The position numbers and the translations under genes were made by a program. DNA of 64,000 nt, from NCBI RefSeq assembly GCF_009914755.1, contig NC_060937.1; one strand, 5' to 3'. Of the stretch, positions 26,572-39,387 are shown one piece after another; the stretch's first letter is position 1; every line of letters begins with the position of its first letter. Source of the stretch: the human T2T-CHM13v2.0 reference genome, Homo sapiens. The notes beneath the pieces are model-generated. The model was not told the DNA's origin, did no database searches, and saw only the letters and a program-made list of their open reading frames with translations.

Positions 26572-26665
26572 GTGAATGCAGAACATTGACACAAGAATCA
26601 TGTGACGTATCTCCAGTATTGACACAGGCAATGGAAGCCCTGCAGGACAGACCTGTCTTATATAA
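26572..26665 (+). CDS. COG6: COG6 exon 8 (ECRTLTQ...PVLY+K), 94 nt
   Basis: tttttcag|GTG acceptor; weak TAA|gttggt donor, required to keep frame with exon 9; phase 1/2. Confidence 0.95.
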
Positions 26666-28274
26666 GTTGGTGACTTTTTCTTAATTAAAAATGAAAGCCT
26701 ACTTTTCTTTTGATATCTTACTTTAAATTTTAGTATTATCAAAAGCGTATATAATAGTTTGAGTAATATTTATAATAATTTACAACAATACTGTTCACCT
26801 TAACTTGAATTTGTTTCATGGGGTATCAGCTTATTTGAATTTTACATACTATAGAATACAATATGGAAAGAGAAACCAAAGTGTGTCTGTATCTAGACTA
26901 CCTCTTACTTATATAGAGGTTCAGTGACTTTTCCCCTGTCGTCTCATTAACTCCCTTAGAATTGTAAGTAACTAAAACTCCTGTATGAATGCTTCCCTAC
27001 AGAGACTGAAGTCATATCAGTACTGAGAAATATGGTTATGCAGAGATGAAAAAAGAATATTTAATATCAAGGTAATCTGTTAATAGGATTTAGGAGGAGA
27101 GGGCCCAGGTCTTTGATCCTGTAATTGATGCCAAACAAGAGCTATGTGGTAATGTTTTGGATAAGAATTTAATGCATTTTGTATTTGTTGATATGTTTTT
27201 TATTATTTTATATTTTAATTTTATTCTTTTAATTTTTATAAAATAAAAGGTAAATACTTTCTTTAATGCCTGGAGTAGTATTAGCATAAGCTTTAGGTAG
27301 ATGTAGGGGTTGATGATATTAATAATTCTGAAAACAGGAAACGAGGGGACTCTTACCAAGGTAGTGCATCCTGCTTTGAATCATCCCTTTCAGAATCTGT
27401 TTATACTATTTTTAGAGGACCTCCCCATTACTTTCTGATTGGAACACTACTTATCCTATCATCAGGTCACAGAACACAAATGCTGAACAGCTGTGTAAAA
27501 TAATAACACCCCAGTGTTACTTACTGAGTACTATGTGTTAAGCACCATTTTAAATTCTAGAAACACAACGTCAGTAAAGCACTGCCCTCAAACTGCTTTA
27601 TTTTATGGAACCAGAGATAAACAAACGCATTTTAATTGAATACACTAATTGATAGTCTAGAAGTCATGTGCCAGATGCTGTGTGGCTCAAGTATTCTGGT
27701 GTAGGGGAAAGAGATGAGCATCAGTGAAAGTTTCCTAAGGAATTAGGTATAAAGTGAGTTCTGAAGGCTGAATAGGCATTTTCCTAGAAGTAAAGGAAGA
27801 ACAGTTTGCAGGTTGAGGGAACAGTAATGCAAAGGTATACATTGAGAGATAATGCACCTTTGGGAAATTAATTGTAAAAGCTTGCACTGGCTATTGAATT
27901 AGGAGCAACAGCTGGATCATAATAGCCCTGAATGTTGTGCATATACATAAGATAAGTTAATGTTTACCATTGATCAGCAGCTTAACAGTTTATTCCTGCT
28001 TTAAAATTTCTTTCCCAACTTTTTCACTTTAACATATTGACATTAATTATGAGTCTTTTAGCACTTAAAACATTTGGCGTTTGATTTTAACAGCTGTTGC
28101 ATTGTCTACAGATTAATATTTATTCACAAGGTTAATCTTTTATGTATTAAAAAAAAAAAAGCCTTTCTGTGTTTTGGGCACCTTTGTTTGTTTTCAACAG
28201 CTGACTTCTGCCATGCAAATAAATTTTCACTAAGTTATAGTTCTTTATCAAAACTTGGAAAGGAGCAATATTAA

Positions 28275-28470
28275 ATGGCTATAAGGTGGGTTCTTGAGTC
28301 AAATTTCTTTGAGAAGTCCTTGTACCTTTATAAGCTTGTTTCCTTAGCTGTAAAATGAGGATAATAATAGTGCCTATTTTACAGGGTTGATGTGAAGATT
28401 AAGTTAGATTGTTCACTTAAGGCACTTAGTGTAATGCTTGGTACATCACTAAATTTTAGATATTATTTTT
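28275..28470. mobile_element. MIR SINE remnant
   Basis: tttccttagctgtaaaatgaggataataatagtgcctattttacagggttgatgtgaagattaag is the MIR core. Confidence 0.75.
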
Positions 28471-28645
28471 ATTTTGAGAGGAGATGACTAGAAAGTTTTC
28501 AACTAAGGAGGGATGTATTTGAGGGCTACATGGCAATCTGGGAAAAAGCTTGAAAGATAAAGAATGGAACTATAATAGGCAAAGAAGGTTTATCTGTGAA
28601 GGGCATATGCTAAGAAGCAGGGGGCAGTAATGGCAATTTGGAAGA

Positions 28646-28941
28646 TTTTTTTTTTTTTTTGAGACGGAGTCTAGCTGTCGCCCAGGCTGGAGTGCAGTGG
28701 CGCAATCTCGGCTCACTGCAGGCTCCGCCCCCTGGGGTTCACGCCATTCTCCTGCCTCAGCCTCCCGAGTAGCTGGGACTACAGGCGCCCGCCACCTCGC
28801 CCGGCTAATTTTTTGTATTTTTTAGTAGAGACGGGGTTTCACCGTGTTAGCCAGGATGGTCTCGATCTCCTGACCTCGTGATCCACCCGCCTCGGCCTCC
28901 CAAAGTGCTGGGATTACAGGCATGAGCCACCGCGCCTGGCC
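28646..28941 (-). mobile_element. Young AluY (AluYe5-like), antisense, perfect TSD
   Basis: CpG-rich; sense reading has GGGCGAGGTGG and AACCCCAGGGGGCGGAGCCTGC variants; CAATTTGGAAGATTTT on both sides. Confidence 0.93.
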
Positions 28942-29114
28942 AATTTGGAAGATTTTAAGACACATTTAGAAGTTGAGTAGGAAAGTAAGTTTTTAAGACC
29001 AGATGATTAGAACAAGATGAATGCTAAAAAAGAGAAAATTGGCCTTTCATTAAGTAATTATTTTCAAAGTGGTAGTTTCCTTACATTTAGGGAAAACTTA
29101 ATAATGTATCATGT

Positions 29115-29133
29115 TAACCACCAGATGGCACTA
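29115..29133 (+). promoter_or_regulatory. CTCF motif
   Basis: TAACCACCAGATGGCACTA closely matches the CTCF consensus CCACCAG(G/A)(G/T)GGC(G/A)CTA. Confidence 0.65.
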
Positions 29134-31128
29134 TATGAACTTAATAAGTAATGTATAAAAGTTTCACTGTCCATTATTGTGTCTCAAATAATGTAAGTAT
29201 TATATACAAGAAAAATGTCAATTATTGAAATCCGTGGGGAAAGTTGCCATACTCAGTGTTTCTTATGTGGTGTATAACTGGAATGCTAATGCATTATTGA
29301 CTTTTAATAATAAATCATGTACAATTATAAATGAAGTGAAAAAATTTGATAATTTATTTTCTTTGGTAAGCCTTTAGAATATAAGTTATTTTAAAATGTA
29401 GTAATACATACAATGCTGATTTTTCTTCCTTCTTTATGTATTTGTTGTGTTTCAAAGAGGCACTTCTTTACTATTATCTTTTAATTTGCTTTTTGATAAA
29501 AATTTTTCTTCTTTTAATTTGCTTTTTGACCAGAATTTCTTTAACTGTAGCTAAACACAATTTTTAAAATGAGACTTTTAATTTTAACTTGAGGTATTTG
29601 AGAATATTTACATAATTTGAACATTCACTCTGAAAAAGCTCCATTTTGATTTTTGATTATTGTTGGAAGAATGTCTGATTTTGGTCAAAGACTTTTTCTT
29701 CTGTCTCTGGGAAGGATGTTTCATGTCTAAAGATATTGAAGGTTCACGTGGCTTATGCTGTTTTTGCTTTAAATTATATTTGTTCTATAGGAGGATTGAC
29801 ATTAATATTAATGTTTATTGATATTTTATAGTATTGAACAGATGAAATTCCAGTGTTTGCCAGGCTTGGTAATTTACCCCCTATTTAAAATACACTGGAT
29901 TTTAAGATTCACTGGATTCTGTTACAGCTGTCGTCCCAGTGGACAGTCCTAGAAACAAATTATGCTGTTTATTTTTAATACAGTTAGTAGGGTCTTGGGA
30001 ATGAGGATTAGCTATATATACTTAAAAAGTTAAACGTTTGTGAATTTTATGCTGTGATAAGCAGTCATAAGTTCATTATTTCAGAGAATCAGGTGATCAT
30101 TTAAAAGAAGGCATTCTTCACACTAAATGGATTAATAATTTAAGAGCATGAGGGAAAAAATAGCAATGAGCATTTTGGTTCTAATTTGTTTAAAAAATAG
30201 TAAATGCAAGGCAATTATGCAATTTAGCAAAACTTAGCTGGATATTGCACTTCCCCTTTTCTGTACTAGTATGTCACCACAGGGAATCTCAAAACCATTT
30301 CTTTTTAATGGAAGACAAACCCACAAAGAACCATAGTCTAGTTAATAGTAAACAGTCCTCAAAAAAGGTTCATATTCCTAAATATTTATAGCTATTTGCC
30401 AGTTCTACAGACTTTCTCTTTGATTTGGAAATAAACCGTCTTTCACATGTTTACCAAAATGTGGATTTTTCATCCAATTAACAGCATATGAAAGAAAGCT
30501 ATGTAGCCTAAGATATTAATTATTTTGGGTATCTTGGGAAGTTTTGGTAATTTTTGTTTATATATAGGTTATTGACATAATTCTTAAAATTTAGTATGGT
30601 AGAATACTGTTTAGAGATTTAAAAGTTAGTCTAGAATCTGCTGACATCAAGACTGCTAAAATATATTTTGTTTTTCTTTATACTTTTAAAATGGAAAGAA
30701 CTTTCAATTGAGGGATGGATGTCAGGAATGGTGGTGATAATGGAAAACAAGGCTGAGTCAAGTCAAAGAAATGGGCACTCCAGAGAGCTCCAGGCCATTT
30801 TTATAAATTGAATCCCAAATTGTCCTATTCCCCAGTTAAAAGCTTTCCTTCCCTACCAGTTCCTTCACCTTAGAAAGCCTTTCCATGCCTTTTCAATTAT
30901 AATAGGTGACTTCTTAATACATGTTTTTTAAAAAGGTATTTGCTTGTATATGTGTTTGGTCAGTAAATTTAAGGAACATCTGTTATGTCTAATATTGGAG
31001 TCAAAATAAGCTTTTAAAGATGGATAGCAATTTTTGGAGCAAATTTTGGTGATAGATTGTGATAGTATGTGTAAAGAAGACTTTTTTAATGTAGAAGAGA
31101 AAAATGTCAATTTTGGGATTGCAGAATT

Positions 31129-31423
31129 CTTTTATTTTTTCTGAGACAGGGTCTTGCTCTGTGGCTCAGGCTGGAGTATAGTGGAGCAGTCACTGCTAAC
31201 TGCAGCCTGAACCTCACGGGCTCAAGTGATCCCCCTACCTCAGCCTTCCGAGTAGCTGGGACTATAGGCATGCACCACCATGCCTGGCTATTTTTTTTTT
31301 TTAATAATGAGAAAAGGTTTCATTATTTTGCCCAGGCTGGTCTCAAACTCCTGGGCTCCAGTGACCACCTTCCTCGGCCTCCTAAAGTGCTAGGATTGCA
31401 GGTGTGAACCACCGCACCCAGCC
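31129..31423 (-). mobile_element. Alu (AluJ-type), antisense
   Basis: Diverged Alu dimer flanked by a degenerate TTGG..TTGCAGA.TTCT duplication. Confidence 0.92.
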
Positions 31424-31897
31424 TTGGATTTGCAGAGTTCTAATTATAATCAGTTTTTGAGAACTGTTATGGCTTTATGTAAAACAGTAGAGCATCATGT
31501 TTTAGACTGCAAATATGTATACTGAAATATACCGAAACCTAGTATAGTGAATATACTGAAACCTAAAAAGTTAAGTCTTCCCACCTTGGCTTGATTTTCC
31601 TACTTTTACTAAGTCCATTGCTTTATCCCTTATTAGTGCTGCCTCTGCTTTAGTCCCAAATCCCAGCATTGTTTCTTAGGAGGGGTAAAAGTTTTTACTT
31701 TTTGATTGAATTTTCAATGAGCTGAAGTTATCTCTTAAATATTTTTTTCTTGTTTGAAAGCAATGTTGCTTGACCGAATGTCTAAAGGAGCTTTAAGTGC
31801 TTTTTAAGTACTTGGTTGTCTCAGAAATTGCGTGAATAGTCTGATATAGCCACTAGAAACAACCCCAACCATTTTTTATATAACTTGTTTCTTCTAG

Positions 31898-32026
31898 ATA
31901 TACCTTAGATGAATTTGGAACAGCCAGAAGAAGTACAGTTGTTCGTGGATTTATTGATGCGCTCACAAGAGGGGGCCCCGGAGGTACACCTAGACCAATT
32001 GAAATGCATTCTCATGACCCTTTGAG
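31898..32026 (+). CDS. COG6: COG6 exon 9 (YTLDEFG...HDPL+R), 129 nt
   Basis: cttctag|ATA acceptor; GAG|gtatag donor; encodes the conserved [17 protein letters not shown]; phase 2/2. Confidence 0.97.
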
Positions 32027-32102
32027 GTATAGTAATCAGACAGCAGAAGAGGAGTTGATGTTTTTCCAAAGGAAATCTTCATTAACATTTAGTTTTCATT
32101 AG

Positions 32103-32194
32103 GTATGTAGGAGATATGTTGGCTTGGCTCCATCAAGCTACTGCTTCTGAAAAGGAACACCTTGAAGCTCTCTTAAAGCATGTAACTACACAAG
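32103..32194 (+). CDS. COG6: COG6 exon 10 ([11 protein letters not shown]...TTQ+G), 92 nt
   Basis: cattag|GTA acceptor after a 76-nt intron; AAG|gtgggt donor; phase 2/1. Confidence 0.97.
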
Positions 32195-32676
32195 GTGGGT
32201 CCACCAATTGTATTGCTAATGCCTAAATATAGAAAATAACACAAGCATCTCTGTTTCTGTTCTTGTTGCCATCTTCTTCACTTAGATAAACACCTTGATG
32301 GTACAATAAGCATCCTGATTACTCTTTCTCTTCTCTAGATTCTCCCTCATTCTGCTAATAGACTTTCTCTTCCATCACCTTTGTCCTGTCACTCAACTGT
32401 TCAGTTTTATAGTGAAACCTAGTGACCTTTCATATCAAACCTAGACTCCTCTGTGTCACTTTTAAGAAATTTCTGGAATATTTAGCATACATTTTCTCAA
32501 ATCCTCTGCATGACACTTTAAAGGTACAAGGTGATATTATCTTAATTTTATCTGTGTGTAAACAGGCTGAGTGACTTGTTTTAGGTCTTTAAGCTACTAA
32601 TTCTTTCATTTCTGCTACCCAGCCTCTTTTTTCATTCTCATGGCACTGTTTTAAAATTTTAAGACAATTATCATAT

Positions 32677-33072
32677 CTGTTAGTATGTTTCTGCATTGCT
32701 ATAAAGGAACACCTGAAGATTGGTAACCTATAAAGAGGTTTAATTTGACTCACGGTTCTGCAGGCAGTAGAGGAAGCATGATGCCAACATCTGCTTCTGG
32801 TGAAGGCCTCAGGAAGCATAGAGTCATGGTGGAAGGCAAAAGGGGAAGAGCCAGCATGTCACATGGTGATTGAGGGAGCAAGACAGAGAGATGGGAGAGA
32901 TGGGGAGGTGCCACACACTTTTAAGCAACGCTGACTATTGTGAGGACAGCACCAAGCCATTCATGAGAGATGCACTCCCATAGCCCAAACATCTCCCACA
33001 GGCCCCCACCTCCGACATTGGGGATTACATTTCAACTTGAATTTAGAGGGGACAAACATCCAAACTACATCA
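32677..33072. mobile_element. MST-type MaLR solo LTR
   Basis: tgcattgctataaaggaacacctga...catggtggaaggcaaaagg...ggggacaaacatccaaactacatca. Confidence 0.88.
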
Positions 33073-34154
33073 CCATATGTACTAAATGTACTTAAAATTT
33101 TTGTCTTGATGTCAAGGAAGAAAAATAACTGTAGTTGAGAGTTGCTGATGTCTTGTTTACAGAATTCCAAATCTTCTTAGTTGTGATTACCTAAAGAGGC
33201 CTGTTTTAGAGTTTGAGGGTTTAGTGTATGATTTTAAAGTGTTCTATTTTTGGTAGGAAGTTAAGAGAGACACTGTGGCTTGGTATCACTTGACTATTTT
33301 ACATAGCTCAGCCACACATCTCTGTGGTTCACATTATCTGCAAGATGAGTCAGTGTTACAAATTGGTGGTAATACTAACTTTATAGCTTCTAACTCTTCA
33401 GTATCAAGATTAGACTCAGCATATATGTTAGATTGGCACAAAGTGTGCATCGTTAGGTTCTCTTTCTGTTATTATTCTCCTTACCCAGTTTAAATAAATG
33501 TGTTTCCTTAAAGATGTTTTAGAAAAGTATAAGGCAGTATTAAGGAAGTAAATAGACTGTAGTTAGTTGAAGTAGGTTATTCTACATGAATGACTTCAAT
33601 CTTCTGGGCCTCAGTTTTTCCATCTGTGAAAATGAAGGTGATTACAAGCAGTAAATGTCAAATACCCAGTACAGAGTTTGATAAATAGTTGGTGTTTTGA
33701 AAATACCAGTTTTTCTGAAAGATTTCAAGGTATATTTTTCATCTTTATACCCTCAGTGTATGTGCTAAGCAGCACTGCCTGGAACAAGATGTTTGTAAAA
33801 CAAATGCTAATACATCTTGGCATCACTTCATTCAATTAATACATTTCACCCTCTTTTTTTCCTCTGTCTTATAACTTTAATCTTTTTCACAAAGAAATAT
33901 TTATTTTATTAACTCAAAGTCAGATGAATTAACAAGGCTTTCTAGACACATTAGGTATTATCACAATTAATATGTTAACACAATTAGTAATGTCCCAAGA
34001 GATATCAAACTTACTAAAATATTGTTATGGTTATTTTAAAAGTCATTAGTGCCATTAATTATATGTATTATATATTATTTGTTAGTTTTTTGAACTTATA
34101 TGAAGCAAAGTATAATATGGAAACAAATATTAATTATGTAGTCATTAATTTTAG

Positions 34155-34219
34155 GTGTTGAAGAAAATATTCAAGAAGTTGTTGGGCATATCACTGAAGG
34201 TGTGTGCAGGCCTCTAAAG
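34155..34219 (+). CDS. COG6: COG6 exon 11 (VEENIQE...RPLK), 65 nt
   Basis: ttttag|GTG acceptor; AAG|gtaaaa donor; phase 1/0. Confidence 0.97.
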
Positions 34220-34659
34220 GTAAAATATTTTGTTTTTACATATGCTATATGGTACCTGCTTAAATTATTACCTTATTTATAGAAACTTAAGAAACTGATA
34301 CCAGCTCAAATACAATCTATAATTTTTTCAAATTAGCACACTAATGTAGACTAATAAGAAACATTTTAAAATAATAATTGCCAGTTTTCTCTCTGAGAAA
34401 GAAAATTGGAAATATTTGTAGTTTGCATATATTGACCTATTTTTTACAGATTATATTTCCTGTAGTAATTTTTCTTATTCAATTGAGAAAAAAATCTATT
34501 AAATTTAAACAGCGAATCTATGAACTCTTAACAGAGAGATTTACTAAGAATATTTTGTTTACTTGATTGCTTCAAGCATAGAAGAGTTTTTGCTTGTCAT
34601 AGCAATAAATAATGATTAATCCAAGGATAAAATAATGTGTATTGGTATTATCATCAATA

Positions 34660-34885
34660 CTGTTTATAGTGCAAGGAACAGAATTTGGAATCAAATTTGA
34701 GTTAGAATTCCCATATTGCCACTTAATTGTGTTTACTTATTGCATCCGCTTAACTCTTCTGCACCTGAATTATGCTCTGGTGGGACCTGTATATTAAAAC
34801 ACCTATCATCCAGGGTTGTTGTGAGGATGACTGTGTAGATGAAGTACATAGTTTATGACACTAAGTATTTAGCAGATGGTAAATA
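34660..34885. mobile_element. MIR SINE remnant
   Basis: atagtgcaaggaacagaatttggaatca...cagggttgttgtgaggat. Confidence 0.6.
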
Positions 34886-37800
34886 CCTTTATTTTCCTTT
34901 ATTAATATTTAGAGAATACTTGGCAATTGTTGGTTTACTTTTCCTTGTAAACCAACTTCATTGATTGACTTTAATTTCATACATAGAAATTGAAATCCAG
35001 AAGTTTAGTAATTAATTTTTCAAGAAATGAACTTTAAAATTAATTTTATTTTATTTCTAAGGTTTTTGTTTTCTTGGTATATGCTTCAGGCAAGGAAATC
35101 TCAGATGACACACTTGGTGACAATTGATTATATTGACAAATTTAACTGTTACTCTAACTTGATCTCATAGGACCTAACTGTATATTCAGTAAATAAATGG
35201 CAAAGTATCTTGAAATTATTTTACTTATTTCTCCCAAATGAAATATTTACTTGTCATAGTTTGATGTAGACATATATAACTTATATAAATGTTGTTTATT
35301 TTGTATACTGGCAGTTACTGGAAAGGTAGAAGAAGAGGAGGAATAAAATGAAATTTATTTTGCTATGCTTTTATACCTTTTTATAACTTCATATAGTTAA
35401 ATTAAACTCCTAGTCACTTTGATAAGTAAATTTTACTTTATCTGCCTTACCTTCCCCCCTTCCTTGCTTATGTAATTATGTTTCTTTTTACAATTTTTCT
35501 AATTTTTGTGGGTACATAGTAGGTGTATGCTTTTCCTTTTCTTTTTAAAAAGTAATTTTATAAATACTATAATTTTAGAATCTAAGGGTTATAATGGACT
35601 TTTCAGTTTCCTGTCCTGGTTTGAGTAAGAATTATTATATTAAAAATGTTTAAACTAATCCAGCCACTTGTATAAAGACTTTATATACTGAAGTCTGCCT
35701 TTGTTTTAAAATGTACTTAGAAATTCTCACTTCATCTTCCTTTAATGTACATACCCAGAAAGATCTTTATGGCAATTGTAGGACATTATTGTGATCTGCT
35801 GGCAAATTTAAATGTAAGATGCCAAAGGTAAAGAAGACACTAGTAAGCAGACAAGCATCTTTTTGTTGTAAAATGAAGAAAAATTCCTTTTCTGAAATGG
35901 CAGAAACTTCAAATCTTTCCATATGATGATAATATGTATTGCATCCAGAGAATATTTAGCAGGTGTTCACAATAGTTACGTATCAAATTAGCTTGATAGT
36001 GATATGTAATCCAGCAACTCTCATACCTTCCCTTCCTTATATACTGATAGACAGTGTTACAGTATTTTAAGAATTTTTTTTCTGTATGACCTTATTTGAG
36101 TATCTTATGTTTTCAGTGAGATAGTTGTTAGTTGAGGAAAAAAATTTCGACTTTAATTATTTTCTTTTGCAATTATAATTCTGAAATTTTCTAGTGATCA
36201 ATCTGCTCTTGTAATCCCACTCATACAAAATTTCTTCTTCCTAATTGATAAGCAACTAAACTTTTTCTAATGACATATGATATTGGATGTTATGGCTACT
36301 TTTCTGTCCATCATTATTCTTTGTAGATATGAATTTTTTTTGGAATAAGAGATTTTGATTTTTAGAAACATAAAGAAAAGGTTATAGTGGTAATGGGAGA
36401 TAATCCTTGAGAAACTATATATTTGATTTATTCTACCTTGTTTAATCTTTTCTTTGTCTTAGTAAAGTGAAACATCATAGGTAGTAGATTAAATATTTGT
36501 AAATGTATGCATTAAGATAAGATCTGTAAACCTATTGCCAGTTTAAAGAATCTGTGCTCTAAGTTTAAGATTGCATATGTTGTGTAGGGGGTACCGTGGC
36601 TCATCAGCATCAACCCTATTACTTTGTACATGTCTTTATTCCAAAACTGTAGCTAGAAAGACCAGAACTAATATATTAAATTTTTTTTTTAAGCCCATGG
36701 GTATAAAATCCTTCTTTTATGTGAATGTTTTAGATTGCTGAGAGATTACCAGCTATCATTTGAATTTTCTCTTTTAATAAAAACTTTAGTGTAGTGTATG
36801 CTACAGACCTTAGATTATGGTGGGTTCTATGAAAGCAGGTATATGTAAAAGATCAATGACATGGAAAATAAAGCTGAATATTGTACACAATATAGTCATT
36901 GGACCCTCAGATTGAGGTATACATAGGAACAGATGTATACCCTGAGCAGCTGTCTGTGATATTAAGGTAAAATAGGTTTGTCATCATCTTTTTTAGTCCT
37001 CCCTTCTTCCTGTGTCCCCTTCATGAACACAAACCCACTCTCTTTCTCTTGCTCTCGCTTTTGCTCTAGCTTTCTCTCTGGCCTTGGAGAGGAGAGCCAC
37101 TGTTCTGTCTTTTAGCTCTTCCCTACCTTCTCTGCTGTCAGGGTGCCTGAAGCTCATTTTGCTACTTTTAATATCTCTGCCTTTATGGTTGATGCTGCTT
37201 CTCGTAATGCAGTTAGGATTTATTGAGTGCTTATGATGTGCCAGGGTCTGTTCCAACATACTTTATATCTGAGCCATTATTCCCGTTGCTGCTTTCCAGC
37301 TCTGCTAATGATTTTTCCCTCCACTGTCATCACAGTGATAATTTCCAGTCAGTTGCTGCTACCACCACTCCTTTAAGTCTCTTTGACCTTTTTTTACTTT
37401 TTACTTTTCGTTTCTCTTGTCCTTTGTTGTTTCTCCTGTGACTGTTGGGTTTTGCTGAAAATGGTTACCCTCTTATATAGCTCTCATAAGACAGAGTGTT
37501 TATTTCTGTGTGGCAAACAAAGCATTCTTGGTGTATTATTTGTCAGTCTCCTGATTTTCCAGCCTTTCTCTGTTGTAGTTTGTATTGTAGCTGTTGTATT
37601 CTTTATTGCCACTTTCCCTCAAAACCTTTATATTCATGGAGAGAGTTGGAAATTGTTTTTGTTTTTTCTTCCTTTCTCCCTCCTTTCCCTCTTTGCTTTT
37701 CCTTTCTTTCTTTCTCTCCCCTCTTTTCTCTCTTTCTTAAGGGAGTCAGAACTAAGAATATTTTCTTGATGCCTCAAAATTCTGGAAGGCAGCTGGCCGG

Positions 37801-39032
37801 ATAGCTGAGATGTTGTTTAAAATCTGCTAGTAAAGAGCTGTTTGCCTACAACTAACATTTTTTATATTTTGCTGTAATAATTATATTAAAATTAAGAAAA
37901 TATCACTTTTATTGATGTAATGTATAATTTAAGTCACTGTTAAGGCCTTGATTTAAAAATAAATCATGGAAAAATATATTTTTTAAGTTCAAATGCCATT
38001 CATGATCCATGGTATTGTGTTAATTAGATAGTCTATCACCTATACCAACAGATCAATTTCATAAACATATTAATGTAAAGGTAAATTGATTTCTGTAATC
38101 TAAGAGGTTTTCATATGCAGATATAAAATCTCATTTTAGCAAATCACATTTGTTTTATGACATATGCCAAAATCTAAATACAGAGAAAGTTCAGTTTTTA
38201 AAAGCATATATTAAACATCTGTTGTGTGTATACTGTTCTACCAGATGCTACAGAGATGTAAAATAGGCAGAAGACATAATGTCTATACTGTATTTGTATT
38301 AGAAACTAGTTAGGAAAGCAAGAAGATAGAATGTAAGCAGTAGCTTAAGGACAGATACAATATTTAAGTAAGCATTTATCAGTGTAGTTTAGATTGTATT
38401 CATTAATGAGATAATATAAAAGAAGGATCAGTGAGGGATGGAATTTAATTAGAAAAGATTCATATTTCCTAAATCTTGAGGCAGATCAAATTAATCTTGA
38501 ACTAGATCTGATTTTTCCCTGGTAGTCTTATAATTTGGCAAATATGTTGGTGCTAATTCAAGATTTGCCTAGTTTTCTATTCTTTGATTAATAGACAAAT
38601 GATATAATAATTTATAGACTGGAATTTATTTTATTTTTTTCTTGAATATTTAGCAATAAAGCATTATGTTTTCATTGATAATCTGTTTTAGGGATGTAAC
38701 AGTTGCCTTTTCAATTTCATATTGAACCAAATTCCATTATATACTGGTGATAAATCTCAAATGATCTCAATGTATTGACATTTCTGGTAACAACTGCCTT
38801 GAACCAAATTCTGCAAATAATGGGTCAGATTTTTGTAGAGTATATCTCTGTTAAAATGTTTGTTACTTTACCATCTTCTATGACTTACTACTCAGAAATT
38901 ATTTAGGAGGCATTTTGTGATCTCTGCAGTAATAAAATTTTATCTTTGTTATGCTATTCATACCATATGTTATTAATGAAAAAAAGTTATACTTTTAAGA
39001 AATGTTTACTTTCCTCTCACATATTTTAATAG

Positions 39033-39124
39033 GTTCGAATTGAGCAAGTAATAGTTGCTGAACCTGGGGCAGTTTTATTATATAAAATTTCTAATCTCCT
39101 CAAATTTTATCACCATACAATCAG
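39033..39124 (+). CDS. COG6: COG6 exon 12 (VRIEQVIV...HHTI+S), 92 nt
   Basis: taatag|GTT acceptor; CAG|gtaagt donor; phase 0/2. Confidence 0.97.
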
Positions 39125-39349
39125 GTAAGTAGAATGGCAAAATGTGCTTGCTAAATCCAATGTGATATTTCTTTCAGTTAGAGCACAGTATAAGATTTTT
39201 TTTTATATTGTGTATAGTAATTATACACTAAGTATAGACTAAGCGTAACTAGTAGGACTTCCACACCATGTAAATCATTATATGCATATTATACATGCTA
39301 TGCCTTAAGGTCTATTATTTCCTTTCTCCTTTTTTCTCCAAGCTTAACT

Positions 39350-39387
39350 ACACGCACGCACGCACACACACACACACACACACACAC
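39350..39387. repeat. (CACG)n(CA)n microsatellite
   Basis: acacgcacgcacgcacacacac... read directly. Confidence 0.95.

Noticed and set aside
37383-37804. Hydrophobic 128-aa and 102-aa ORFs resembling membrane proteins
   Set aside because: The F/L/S bias simply reflects the T/C-rich low-complexity DNA.
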